Origin: Moniliella sp. 'wahieum'
Taxonomy: Eukaryota
DNA: 64,000 bases
NCBI GenBank assembly: GCA_003971905.1
Contig: RSEE01000134.1
Span: forward strand, 1 to 64,000
Reading direction: 5' to 3'
Below are positions 13,927-26,875 of this stretch, piece by piece; positions within the stretch are counted from its first letter, which is position 1, and every line of letters starts with the position of its first letter. Both the position numbers and the translations under genes were made by a program. Under the pieces are notes generated by a model. That model ran no database searches, was not told the DNA's origin, and saw only the letters and a program-made list of their open reading frames with translations.

Positions 13927-16511
13927 TTAGAGCTTGTCGTAGTACTCGGTGTAAGGAGGGGGAGTCTCCTTGATACCCTTGCGAACACGAATCTTGGTGA
14001 CCAATTCGTAGACCTTGGACTTGGGGTCGGACGCGTCGCCGGGGAGCTCTTCCCAGTGGTCGAAGACGGATGGGGGAAAGCCTGGCCACCCGTAGCTGGC
14101 GGAGAGCAGCGTTGAACCCAAAGGATTCCGAGACGGGCAGTAAGCCTTGACGGTGTACATGGGCGTACCGGGCGCTGCTCCTCCATGACCACTTGGCCAC
14201 GACGCTTGTTGAGCGTCGAGTAGATACCGCCGAGACCCGATTCGGGGCACTGGATCTCCACGAGGTACATGGGCTCTTGCAGCGCGGGCGTGCAAGCAAG
14301 GCAGCAGCGTAGCACACACGACGGGCGGTGGGGATAATCTGTCCACCACCACGGTGGATAGCGTCCGTGTGCAGCGTCACGTCAACGACGTTGAAGCGAA
14401 CACCACGCATGGGCTCTTCGGCCAGAGGACCTTCCTTGGTGGCCCACTGGAACGCAGCCACACACGAGTCCTTAATTTCGTTAAGGTACTGCACACCCTT
14501 CGTCACGTCCACCATCAAGTTGGGGCCAGTCGTGTCCGGGCCAAAGGTCCAGATCTTACGAGCGTCCGTAACGTCCCAGCCAAACTCGTCGGCAAGGTAA
14601 CGAGCACGCGACTTGAAGTCGTCACGGGGGTTGACCTTGCCCTCCTCAATTGCGCGCGACAGTTCCTCACCAAGGGGAAGAGCGTCAACGTACAGACGGT
14701 TGTGCTTGTTCTGCGACTTGGACAGGCAGTCATGCTGCTCTGCGTGGTCACCGTCTCACGGTAGCCAACCACAGGGTCCGACTTCTTGAGGGGAACCTGG
14801 GCGTGGTCGTTCTCCAAGTCGTTGAGGCAGATCTCGAGGTGAAGCTCACCGGCACCGGCAACAATGTGCTCACCCGACTCGCCAATCCACGCCTGCACAC
14901 AGGGGTCCGACTTGGTCAGACGCTTCAGACCCTCAACCAGCTTGGGCAGGTCGTTGGCGTTCTTCACCTCAACGGCAACTTGCACGACGGGCGAGACAGA
15001 GAACTTCATGACACGCATGTTGTGCGCCGTCTCCGACGAGGTGAGGGTACCGCTCTTGAGCAGGAACTGGTCAACACCAACGAGACCGAGAATGTTACCG
15101 GCAGGGCAGTCCTCAATCGGCTCGACGTAACGGCCCATCATGAGCACGGTACGCTGAATCGACTTGATAAACAGGTCGTCCTTCTTGCCCGGGCGGTAGT
15201 TAGGGCCCTGGATGCGGATCTTGGGGCCCGAGCGGACGGTACCCGAGAGATACGGCCAAAGGCGTAGAAGCGGCCCTTGTCCGAGGTGGGAACCATCTTG
15301 GAAACGTAGAGCATCAGCGGCCCTTGGGGCGCAGTCACGGATACCAATGGCCGACTCGTCGTCCATAGGGCCCTCGTACAGCGTCTCCACACGGTAACGC
15401 TGCGCCGTCTTGGGCGAGGGGAGGTTGATGACAATCATCTCCAGCAGAGCGTCACCAGCGGGGAGGAACTTGCGCATGACAACCTTGAGGAGAGCCTTGC
15501 CCTCGAGGTCCTTCTCGTCCTGGGTCAGGGGCACCTCGAGCTTCTCGAGAATCTTGGCCGTCTCGTCCTTCTTGAAGTTCATCACCGAGTCAAAGATACG
15601 GTAGATGGGGTCGAGAACGAACATGTTGAACGCACGCTCGAGGGGCTTGCCGTCAGCGTCGGTCGACTTGGTGGTCCACTTCTTGGTCTTGGGTTGAAGT
15701 AGTTGTCGCCCCACAGCTTGCCCATCATCTTCTCCTTGTCCACACCAACTTCTTGGCGTAGCGGGCAGCGAACTGGGACAGGGTGAAGGCCCAGCCGTGG
15801 AGACCCGAGGCAAAGGCGACAGTGCCCTTCTCGGGGTAGACCTGCGACTCGCCGAGGACAGGGTCGTTGTAGGTGGCAATGACCACGTTGACCGACTCGA
15901 CCGTGCGCTGGAAAGAGGTGTAGAGCTCCTCCTTCTCGACCTGCAGCTCGAGAAGAGCGCGGTCAACCTTGTTCAAGCAGCAGACGGGCTTGATACGCTC
16001 ACCAGCGCCTGGCGCAGCACCGTCTCGGTCTGCACGCACACACCCTCAATGCAGTCGACGACCACAAGGGCACCGTCGGTGACACGGAGCGCAGCAGTGA
16101 CCTCCGAGGAGAAGTCAACGTGGCCGGGCGAGTCAATGAGGTTGATCAAGAACTCGTTGCCCTGGGACTCCTGCTTGACGTTCTTCATCTCCTCGGGCGA
16201 GAGGGGGAAGAACATGGAGATGGCGGTGGACTTGATGGTAATGCCACGCTCCTTCTCATCGTCACGCGTGTCGGTGAAACGCATGTCACCGGCCTTGGCC
16301 GAGGCAATGATACCGGCCTTGGAGACGAGCGAGTCGGTGAGGGTGGACTTGCCGTGGTCGACGTGGGCAATGACACTCATGTTGCGGATGTTGGTCGACT
16401 TGTCCATGAGACCACGGATCTCATCGACGGTAAAGTTAACCCTGGGGGGGGGAAGGTCAGTGGATGCTGCGCACGCACGAGAGCATGGGCGGGGCAGGGC
16501 AGGACGCACAT
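13927..16511 (-). CDS. EFT2: Translation elongation factor 2 (eEF2), frameshifted by sequencing errors
   Basis: [49 protein letters not shown], diphthamide loop [18 protein letters not shown]-terminal YYDKL-TAA. The start codon is split AT|G by intron 16442-16509. Confidence 0.98.
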
Positions 16512-18003
16512 TTTGGAAGAAGGCCCGGACGGGTGGTGGTGGAGGGAGGAGGGAAGAAGGTGGCGGTGGGAGGAGGGCTGGGGCTGCGGCCGGACGCAGG
16601 GAAGGAACCAGGCCGAGGAAAAAATCTCCTGAATTTTCGCCCCACCACCCCACTGTCCCCGCCCGCCCATGCGCCCCCCAGCCACCGCACGGGGGCGCTG
16701 TGCCCTCCACTGCGCCCGCTAGGGTTCCTGCCGGCCCAGGCGCCCGTGCCCTCTGGCGCTGTGCCGGGGGCGCCTGACACTGGCCCCGCCGGGGGGGGGA
16801 CCGCCGCGGGCTCGAATGCCGCGGCAATGCACCCCAAAGTGGGGTGGATTAGGTAAGACTTGTCGGGGTGGGGGGCGCGGGCTGGGGGCGGGGCGTGGGG
16901 GCAGTGTCTGTGTCGGGGGGCAGGCACAGCGCCTCTGCCTGGGCTGGCCACACTCGCCCCGGGCCAGGCGGCGAACGAGCGTGGGCTGCAGGGTTAGCCT
17001 AACCGCTTAGCGCAGCCAAGAAAGCTCAACTTGAGCCGCACCGGGGAGGCCAGCGTTCGGCCGTCGCCTCTTCCCTGCCGAGCCTCAGCCGTGCGCACCT
17101 CCGCCGTCTGTCTGCGTGGGCAGCGCCTGCCAGCCTGGCCACGGACCCACGTTGTGGCCGATGGGTGCTCACCCCCCCCCCTTACTCCAGGTGAGCACGT
17201 TGACCATCCCGATCATAGATCTCAGAGTCAAGTAGGGTAGAAGCACACTCGAAGAGGTGTAGAGAAAGGTGGTCGCCGTCGCCGGCAGGGACGGGCGGCT
17301 CAGGCTCAGCGTTGTCCAGCGTTCGGTACGTTCAGCCGCTCAGCAGCGGCGTTCACCGACACTAACCCTCTGCTGGCCAGACAAACACGCGGGGGGCAGG
17401 TGGCAGCGCCGGCGGTACGTTGAACCGATCCCTCCAAAGTGGGCGCACCTCTGTTCTGCGCACGGCCCCCCGCTCCACTGTGCCCCCCCATCGTGGGGCA
17501 AAAGCGCACGGGCCATCTCTTGCGCGGGGGCTTTGGGATGTGGTAACCGTCCGCTGGGGACATGCGCTGGCCTGCGGCGACGAAGACACCGGGCCAGGCA
17601 ACTCGTCGCGTCTTGGGGAGAATGGAGAATGAAGCCACCGCCTCTGTGGGCCCAGGCCGAGAACCAGCATCTACTGGATGCGCATCGCCCACTGCCGCCG
17701 TGGCTTTACAATTCGCTCAGACACATGACGGTTCTCGCACCGCACCGGCACGGCCCGTCGTTTTGGGTGCTGACGCCTTGGGGGCTGACAGCTGGCATGC
17801 TGATGGTGTCTAGGGCTGGCTGGCTAATCGGTTGCCGCTTACGGTTACCACGGCGGATACAGCACAGGTGCAGACCCCAGATCCGCCTCGCGGTTAAACG
17901 TTAATCGAGTTAATCGATAATCGATCGATAATCCCTTAACCCTTAGGCCTTATGGCCGATCGCCCCGTCAGTCTCGCCGGCCGACTTGGGGAGACGATGG
18001 CCG

Positions 18004-18011
18004 TATATAAA
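18004..18011 (+). promoter_or_regulatory. TATA box (TATATAAA) of the SDR gene
   Basis: About 110 bp upstream of ATG 18120, followed by a CT-rich leader. Confidence 0.6.
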
Positions 18012-18119
18012 GCCGGCTGAGGCGCCATGCTTGCTTGTCGGTCGATATCCTCCCACGCCTCAGCTCACCTCCCTCTACTCTTCTCCACCCCCACCTTCTC
18101 GCTACTCCCACGCGCACCA

Positions 18120-19041
18120 ATGTCTCTCGGTCGTGTTGCAAACAAGATTGCTCTCGTGACGGGCGGAGGCAAGGGCATCGGGGCTGCTACCGCCCGTCTC
18201 CTGGCACGCGAAGGCGCCAAGGTGGTTGTTACTGACATTGACGAGGTCGGTGGTTCGGAAGTAACCAACGACATCAACAACACTGGTGGCCATGCGCATT
18301 ACGCCCTGAATACTTCTTCCAACAACGAATGGAATTCGGTGATGAAGAAGGTACGTCTTATTCCAGTTCACATCCTTTCGGTTGCGATGCGGTGGTGCAA
18401 TAAGAGCGAGCTGACACACTGAATGTGGACGTGGGGGGGGCGTAACTAGATCGAGTCTAAGTATGGCCAGCTCGATGTTGTCGTCAACAATGCCGGTATC
18501 TTGCAACTAGGAACGATTAGCAACACTTCGTATGAAAACTGGCGCAAGGTTCAATCGGTCAACTCGGACGGTGTCTTCCTCGGAGTGAAGCATGCGGTAG
18601 AGATGATGCGCAAGAACAAGACGCCAGGGTCCATTATCAACCTGTGCTCCATTCTCGGCCGCGTGGGGACGCGGGACTGTGTTTCGTATCCGGCCAGTAA
18701 GGGGTTGGTCAAACTTTTGACCAAGTCGGTCGCGCTGGACGAGGCACACCGAACGGGATTCGGATCAACAACGTTTGCCCTGCGTACATCGAGACTCCTT
18801 TGCTTGACATCATGTCCAAGGAGGAGCACGACGCCTTGTTGTCGTTGCACCCTATGGGCCGTCTGGGCAAGCCTGAGGAAGTGGCCAATGCCATTCTGTT
18901 CTTGGCCTCGGACGAGTCGTCGTATGTGACGGGTAGCGAGCTGATGGTCGATGGAGGGTACACGGCGCGTAAGTGTTTCAATGTGCTGGTTTGTGTTGCG
19001 TACTATGTGACTCAACTGACTCGGTTGCGCTGGCAGAGTGA
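18120..19041 (+). CDS. Classical short-chain dehydrogenase/reductase (glucose-1-DH / 3beta,17beta-HSD / R-ADH-like)
   Basis: TGGGKGIG, VVNNAG, catalytic YPASK, [41 protein letters not shown]. Introns 18351-18449 and 18969-19036; the second splits the last Gln codon C|AG before TGA. Confidence 0.92.
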
Positions 19042-20327
19042 ACAAAACACTTTCCCACAAAACTGTGTTTCCCATTGTTCGTCAACTGAACCGCTTCTCA
19101 GCCCGCATAATGCTCATGCTTGGTGTTGGTTCATTGAACGCACCAGAAGAGTCGGGTTTGTCCACGCCAATAACCAGAGGCAATACTATATGGAAACGGG
19201 GATGGTAATAATGTTGTTTCGGGTTGATCTATACGAGGCGGGCTGGGTTGTAGGTTGTACGAGACCGGAGTGTAAAAGACCAGTGTAGAAGCCCAGAGGA
19301 GCAGGCAGCTGATGGTGCGGTGTGTAAGACCGGAGGAACCCAAGGGGTTGGGCAATGAACCTCTGGAAATGCAGAGCAATGCAATCGCGGTGGTGGTGAG
19401 GTCTAAGCTCTAAGCATGATACCACACCTAGAGGAAACAGGGGTTCAAACAAGCCTGAGTATACACGTGGAGCTTCGGAGGTCAAATAAGGGGCAAAGGG
19501 TGATAATCGATAATGCCTAAGGCCTAAGGCACCTTGGCCTATGCGCGTCCCAACATGTTGCATACTGACTACAGGATTGAGTTACATGACGCTACTACGG
19601 GGAACAGCGTTCCCGAGTACCTCGGAGCTCCTGGACTGCTGCAACTGGTCCGACGACCTACGTACGCGGCACCTACCGCGAAGAGGGCTTGAGGCTTCAA
19701 TCTGCTGCACCTGTCTACGCCGCAACACTAGCGGCACTGGAACAATGTTCCAGGGTCTATACCCATTAATCAAGAGCGCCACTTTCAGTTTCCCTATTTG
19801 CGACTTGCTGTAGGACTAGTGGGCACTATGATACTCACTTGAGCTGCGGGTGATCTACGGCGCTAGTTGAACGTTGAGACCGTGACTTTATTAAAGCTTA
19901 GAGGGTCAAGCTTCAAGCTGGCTCTGACGAAGTGAGCGCATCTGAGAGGCGATTGTGCGTCACGCGTCACACGGGGGGGGGGAAGGCCCATCAGTTTGTA
20001 TCAGTATATCATAGCTGTCCCACAATGTATCTGAGGAACCGGACGCGTGCCCTGACCCATGCCTCGAAGGATGGATCAGAGAGCCAACAGGAGCGGGGGC
20101 CGTCACAGCACAAGGCCAGCTAAGAGCGAGCACCAGGCTCCAGTCCTAGTTCGTCCACCCTCTCGCACTTTCCCGCCTATCCTGTCCTACTCCTGCACGT
20201 TTTCCAGCAAATTGATCCAGTGAAGGTAGGATCCTCTTAGGATGACTCCCGACTCCTCTTCCGACCTCGTCCTCCAGCGCTCCGTCAGTACTCGTCAGTC
20301 CAGTCGCGCGAGCCGTCCTCTGTGGAG

Positions 20328-20472
20328 GCACCAGAGGGCAGGCATGCTCGGCAGTACATTGACTAACTAAGCGTGAGCACAAGAGTCTCTCTCAGTGCGA
20401 AGCACAAGAGCTCTCTCAGTGCGAAGCACCAGAGAGCAGGCCAGCTCGGCAATACAGTGACTAACTAAGCGT
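20328..20472. repeat. Compound direct repeat: two 47-bp copies flanking two 24/25-bp copies
   Basis: 20328-20374 vs 20426-20472 (5 mismatches). AGCACAAGAG(T)CTCTCTCAGTGCGA at 20376-20400 and 20401-20424. Confidence 0.9.
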
Positions 20473-22865
20473 TTGGACAAGAGACGAGCGCAAGTGTCTC
20501 TCCCAGTGGGAGGCCCCAAAGGGCAGTCTGTCGCGGCATCAGTCCGACTATTCGAGCGCACCAGGCGACAGTGCTCTGTCTCAGCTCACGATTTACCATT
20601 AAACGCGGGTGCACCAGGCGGCAGTGATCGTGTGATTGACGGTCGGTGATATGTCTCAGTAAGTGCTCCCGCCGGCAGTCCGCCTCGTTAGGCCGTAGGC
20701 CTTAGGCTTAGGATCTGATGTTTGTCTCAGCCAGCGCAGCCCGCGACAGTTATATGTCTCAGTGCGCGCACCAGGCTACAGTTGTCCGTCTGAGGGATCC
20801 CACGGGGATCCACTTGGCCGTGTCAGCGAACGCACCAGGCTATGCCACTGAAAGGGAACGGGGACTGAGGCGGCAGCCGTCGCAAGGATACCGGAAGCTC
20901 ATTGGCCTCATTTAGGCCCCAGCCGAATTGGGACTTGGGCGGGGGCGACTATTGTCGCGCAGCTGTGGATGGCTCTTCGGGGACCACGGTACCTAATTTA
21001 GCCAAAACCATCAATCATCACACTTGTTTGTTGGCCTGCGGTGCACGATCTACTGGGGTATGTGCAGAGCAGGTGGGCCTTAGCTTGGGTCGGACCATCT
21101 CGGGTCCGCCGCAGCCCGTAACAGGAGCCAGCCAATGTGACAAGAAAGCTAAGTACCAGAGGCGCACCCGACGCCCTCTCCGGACAAACAGCACACATCT
21201 TGGAGAGAGACTGGTATAGTGGACAATATCTCATCCCTCTAGAAACACGCATGTTTTCTACCCTGTCAGGTCACGTAATGTTATCTCAGATCTCAGATGC
21301 GCTGAGCCGCTCAGACCGAGCGGTCGTCTTTGATTTGCCGAACCCCCAGTGGAGGGCTTCGCGTGGTCGAGTCCTTTCGTGACCCGTTTTTTTCGGGTCT
21401 TTTGGGTTAGTGGGATTGATGTGCAGCTAACTGGGAATGGAAATGGTAAAGTCATAACATTCTCTACATCGCTCCCACAAGAGCTATGCTCCAAATCACA
21501 AGACGTAGCACACATAAGCATATGTTTGCCACACCCCATTCGACGGCTTCACCGACTCCACTATAATCTTACCACAATAGTCGAACAGACTCTGCGACCT
21601 TTGGCCGAGGATAGAGTATCGCGGCGTAGTTGCGCTCCAGCCTATCGTCGAGAGGCCGACAGTTGGGGATCTTTTGGTATGGTTGCCTTCCTGTGCCCTT
21701 TTCCCTCATCTCCGCTCTTCTGCCCCACTCATCGATCATCGCTCATCTCCAGTTTCGCTCCCCCGTCGATCCTCTTGATCGGCGCGATCATCGCTGATCA
21801 GTTGGTTCGAATTGACACCCCACACAGTCTCAGTATCATGTTTATCCCCTTTGCATACGCTATTTGGTCTAGCACGCACCCTATCCGCAGATCGGATCTG
21901 TCGCCCATCTTGGGATGCTCGCACGTGGCTGCGGCATACTTATTGGAGCGTAACCCTCCCGCGTTGTGCGCCAAGGGACTCTGTGACAATTGTGACTGGC
22001 GACTCGCGAGACCAGTCGGCGGCAGTTGTGCCAATGATGGTGAGACGAAGTACGAAGTACACTGAAAAGGGGTTTCTTCTCTGTTTTTTGAGACCCCCCC
22101 TCCCGGGGCCCTGTGCGTCATACGCACTTGCCGCCTGCCCTTCCCGCTCGTCTCCCGGTTCTCGCTCGGCAAGGGAAACGAGACCTGTCGCTCCGAGCAG
22201 GATCCTACCATTTCCCAATACTTGTCCTCTTAGTATTTTACCAATGGGGCGTGCTCGGGCGGTCCAGATCGGGAGACAGGCTGGGTCCCGAATTTCAACT
22301 CTTTTTCATCCGTCGCGGGACGTTGGAGAGTAATATGTAGCATCGATAGTACCAATCGAGGGGAGAGAGATGGTAAAGCTACCTTCCCTGCCTAGTTCAT
22401 TGAAGGTCTGCGTAAAACCTGACTGGCCGGTCATGCGATTTCGACACTATGTCCCTAAGCGCTCCTTCCACCTCGGTGCCAACCCCGGCCCCCAGGCTGG
22501 CAACCCCATCAAGAGAGAAGGGTGCAGCGTGCCTGGGGGGCAGGCGAGAGCAAAAACGATTTATGTAGCAGACCAGGGCGATTGACTTGACCGTTCCGGA
22601 CTGTCCAATGTACAAGTACCATGCGAGAAAGCTAAGAACATGCAGACAACTGAAGCCATTGTTGGACATGGGCCGGCGGAACAGAGCACAAAAACAAATG
22701 GAAGCGTGGGTCGTACAAGTGCCAAAAGGTAGAGAGGGAGGAGAAGGAGAAGGAGAAGAGGGAAGAGAAGGAGAAAAGAGGAGGGAGGAGAAGAGAAGAG
22801 AAGAGCGATATGGTGGGTCGTGGATTGTGGATCGTGGATCATAAGCGGCAGGGGGTAAGTGTGCC

Positions 22866-24237
22866 TTAGTTGTACAAATAAGTGTGTTCCTCAAACAAGT
22901 GTCCGTCGACCGAGCTCGATCCAGCGGGGAGGCCGCCAATGGCCTCCGGGAGCTGGAGGGTAAGCGTAGCTGGGTTGATGGTCTGGTACACGTACGGCTT
23001 GAGCCCAGCGGCGTACGAGATGATTTTCTTGACCAAGTACGGGATCTCAGCGAGCACGTCAACCTTGTCGACCAAGCCCTTGGCTTGGGACGCCGGGTAA
23101 GGCGCGCCCAAGTCGACGGTCAAGTCAGCGGTGATCGTCTGGGAAGCAGAAGGTGCCGGCCAGGGAGGTGGGGAGAGGGCGGGGCCGTGCCAATGATACG
23201 CGATCTGCGTCGGCACATGGTAGCCCGTATCTTGGTCTAAGGCGAGCTTGGCGTGCTGAACAAACGCACTGAGTTTCGCGTCGGCACTGGCCTCGCCCAG
23301 TGGCGTCCCCAGCCGACCACGGGTGGCCGCGACGACAGCCACCAAACGACCTGCGATCGACACACTGCCAATTGTCACGGCCAAGGGATGGCGCGTGGTC
23401 GCCTGTGGGTTGGCCGGGTCTTTCTCCGCACTCTCCTCGTACGGGTCGCCATAGGAAGCAATGGTTGTGAACTCCATCATGATCGCCGTCGCCTGCGGGG
23501 ACTGGAAGTTGGCAAAGTTCCATTTGGACGCGACCAAGTTGGGCCGCATGCCCTGGATGGCATGGATAAACATGCCTTGCCCTTGGCCGTCGATCACGGC
23601 GCCCTGAGCCAAGATCACGCCCTCGGTCTTGGCCACGGGCCAGAAGGCATGGAACACGTACCCATCCGGTTCGGCCTGCGGCGTCGGTGGTGGCTGGGGA
23701 CCAAAGATACTCTTGCCGCCCTGAGGGCCGGCTCCGATCTTCCACCCCACGCTGGCGCCGGACGGACAAAGGACCAGCTCAGCTGCACCTCGGCATCGTA
23801 CGTCACGTCCAGCACGAACTTTTCGTCGCCGTTGGGCAGGGTGACAAAGTCGACCAGCAACTGATCTGACTTGCACGTCCGCTTGTCCTTGCTCTTGGGC
23901 GCCGGGGAGACAAATTTGGTTACGCTGACGCTCTTCCAGATCTTGGCGCCGGTGCGCGGGTTGAAGAGCTTGAAGGTGACTTGGATCTGGGGGAAGGGAT
24001 GCCGATGGCACTGTGGATGATCTGGGCAGAGACGAAGGTGCCGTCGGTGAGGATGCTGTACCAGGTAAACGTCTCGGTGGTGAAGCCGCTGGCCTGGACC
24101 CAGCTCAGGTCGGCGGGGGTGAGCGCGCCAAAGAGCTGGTGCTGCGGCGTGTCGCTGATGGGCTTGAAGTTGGGGTTGTGCGTCGCGGCCTCGACCGCGG
24201 CGGGGTCGGGGGTGGAGCCCCAGAGCCAGGAAGACAT
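22866..24237 (-). CDS. SVF1: Survival factor 1 (Svf1-like), frameshifted
   Basis: GFTTETFTWY...AQIIHSAIG, DGYVFHAFWP, FIHAIQGMRPNLVASKWNFANFQS, VDKVDVLAEIP...KPYVYQ, FEEHTY. Confidence 0.88.
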
Positions 24238-25341
24238 GGGCGGGGGGGGGGGAGGAGATGGAAGGGAGAGGGGAGATGGGAGATGCGCAGGCGCAGGCGG
24301 GTGGGTGGTGGGTGGCCTGCTGCCCCGCTTCTCAGCGTACGCCTGTCCTGGTCGGCCGACGCCGCGGGCACTGGGGCACTCGGTCACTCGGGCACTCGGC
24401 CCCTCAGATGTTTGTGCTTGGGCGCCGCCTGATGCATGATGCATGACGCATGACGATGGCTACGGGGGCTGTCACATGTCAGGCGCTGGCTCGCGCACGC
24501 AGCGCCTCTCTAGTACTTTTGTACTAGTTCTGGTCTACGCCGCTCATTCTGCCTTCTTCGCGGCTGCTCTTACAGAAGTACTTACTCGCATACCCCTTGC
24601 CTCCATGCCCTCGGCTCCGCCACAGCGCAGCCCCCGATCGTCCGTTCTTGCCCCTGCGCGCGTTTGGGTTGGGATCTGGGATCTGGGAGCAGCAGCAGTG
24701 CCACTCGGCTGATCACCACAATCAAACAGCCGAAGATCACGCTATAGAAACGCCGCACATCATAGTGCGTAGTGTGGCGCTACTACGATAGCGACGTTTC
24801 CTCCCACGTACTACTACGTGCAGCGTTTATCGACTGGCCAGAGCATCTACCACACACCCCTCCCTCACCCGCCTCAGCCTGCCCCCTCATCTCCTCACCT
24901 CTGCCAACCTGTCGATGCAGGTATCGATCAAAGCGCTGGGGAGCGCGGGGGGGAAGACCTCCAAATTAAGCGACAAAATGGGGTTAGCCGTCGCAATGGT
25001 AGAAGTTCACGCTTATATTATTGGGAAGAACAAGACGAGCCCCCGTCCATCCTTCACCCTCTCCTCCCACCCGCTCTTTGTTCTGCTGTGTGGCTAGCCC
25101 TTCTTTCATGCTATATTGGTAGACAAAGAAGCAAAGAGCGGTTAGCCGCGGGGGTGTTGTGCGATGGGACAGATACGTGTTGTCTCCTTTTTTGAGAATG
25201 CATTAGAGTGGTCCCTTGCGCAAGGGAGAAGGCGGCACGGGATGGCATGCGAGAGAGGGAGTCAGAGGCAAGTGTGTGCTTTCGCTCGGCCTCTTCGCCA
25301 CTTGACCTTGCCAGCTTGCCACGTGTTCCTTCACTGTTCCT

Positions 25342-26875
25342 TCACTGCGCCTTGACCGGCGCCGCAAGGGTAGAGTGCATATCATGGATCAAATCGAGGG
25401 CACGGCGGGTAGATGCATGGGTGGGATCTTCCAGTGGAGGCGGGGCGGGCGACCAAGGGAAAGGGAGCCACTGTTGCAAGTACTCGTACGCCACCAGCGT
25501 GGCGCCAAATTGCGGTGAAGAGCGCAGGACCCGGGCCAAGGATCCTTTGAAGAACGCCGGGACCTTCTTGCGCCAGGATCTTGCGGAAACAATCGAGGAT
25601 ACCATGGTAGGTCGCTTGCCCCTGCCGGGCTTCGACTTGCAAGCGTGTCTTGATCACGTCGGCTGGGGTGGAGAGGAAGGCAGCGGGCATGCCACTGATC
25701 GCTGCTGCGGCCAACGTCTCGCCAAACCCAAGCTGTTTGCCATTGAGCCCTTCTTGGAACACATCCTTCTTCAGATGCGCATACGCCGGGAAGTAGATCG
25801 CGCTAAAGGGAATGTCCCGCAACAAGCACGCTCCTGCACCCTTGTACAGGCCCCGCACACCCAACTGCCGCACAATTTGCATCCCACCCAACTTGGCTGG
25901 CGCCGCCGCACCGTCGGCAGCGGCCTTGGCCAGCTCGCCTTGCACTTGCAAGCGAATCTTGACAATCTCTGTATGTGGGGACGAGGTGAAAGTGTGCTCC
26001 ATGTCAGTATAGATCAACAGTTGGGTAGTGTTGTTTGCAGAGGCAGACAAGACAAGGCGGATCATACGTACCCAAAGGGTTGGTAAACACGACCTGGCAT
26101 CCGCCCGCTGATCCACCAGCAACGAGTTCCCACACCAGTCCGATCTCCCCTGTGAGCGGGTCCTTGGTCTTGGCGCGAACCAGGTCGTTGACCGTCAACT
26201 TGATCGCCTTTTCCGGTGCGACACCAACCAGCTGAGGTCCCAGGCCCGAATAGAATCCGCCCAGACCCTCGTTGCGAAACACCTTGGCCACACAATCGAG
26301 ACTGTTCTTGTACATCGGCGCCTCCCCCACGGGCGCACGTTGGTTCTGCATCCGCGTCTTGACCAGATCAATGGGGTAGACCATCGTCGCACCCACCGAA
26401 CCAGCCACGCCGCCCAGAGCAAAGTGGTAGACCGACTTGCTAATGTCATACAACACCGACTGCGCCGACTCGTGGGCCAGGTCGTGGTGCCGGGGCAGGT
26501 GGGTGGATCCCACCTCGTCCAAATAGGCCTCGGCGTCGACCTCGGTCGCTGGCGCAGATGCAGATGCAGATGCGGGTGCGGGATGCGGGCAGGCGGGATC
26601 CGCATGCGACGGCTGTAGCGTATCGCCAATCCGCAGCTGGTGCACCATCTCGCTCGTGCCCGGTTGGGCCTTGGGGTCGGCCGGTGTGCGCGTGTAGCGA
26701 ATCAGGCCGGCGGGGCGGTGTTGGCTTCGTGCTGGAACGCTTCCAGCTGGGCGTGCAGCTCGGGCGACAGGCGCGGCGGGGCGGAGGGTGGCGTTGACGA
26801 CAAAGGGAAGGTCGCGTTCCGTGGGAGCTTCGCACGCAAGCGGCGCACGCAGAAAAGGGGGACGAGGGCGGACAT
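25342..26875 (-). CDS. AGC1: Mitochondrial aspartate/glutamate carrier (Agc1/aralar/citrin-type carrier domain) with a short N-terminus
   Basis: [54 protein letters not shown] (intron 25969-26071), [35 protein letters not shown]. Start ATG at 26875 is tentative. Confidence 0.88.

Noticed and set aside
13360..17950. TTAGGG-like words (13362-13393, 16990-17005, 17933-17947) as interstitial telomere repeats
   Set aside because: Only isolated, degenerate words with no tandem telomeric array. They could at most be telobox-like sites, which I cannot support.
20328..20472. Repeat-spacer-like pattern resembling a mini CRISPR array
   Set aside because: Eukaryotic context, only two copies of each unit, the 'spacers' are themselves repeats, and no cas genes are present.
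21349..22065. 238-aa ORF in the gene-poor tract as a transposase or other gene
   Set aside because: No RT, integrase, DDE or other recognisable motifs, and no host-like codon bias.
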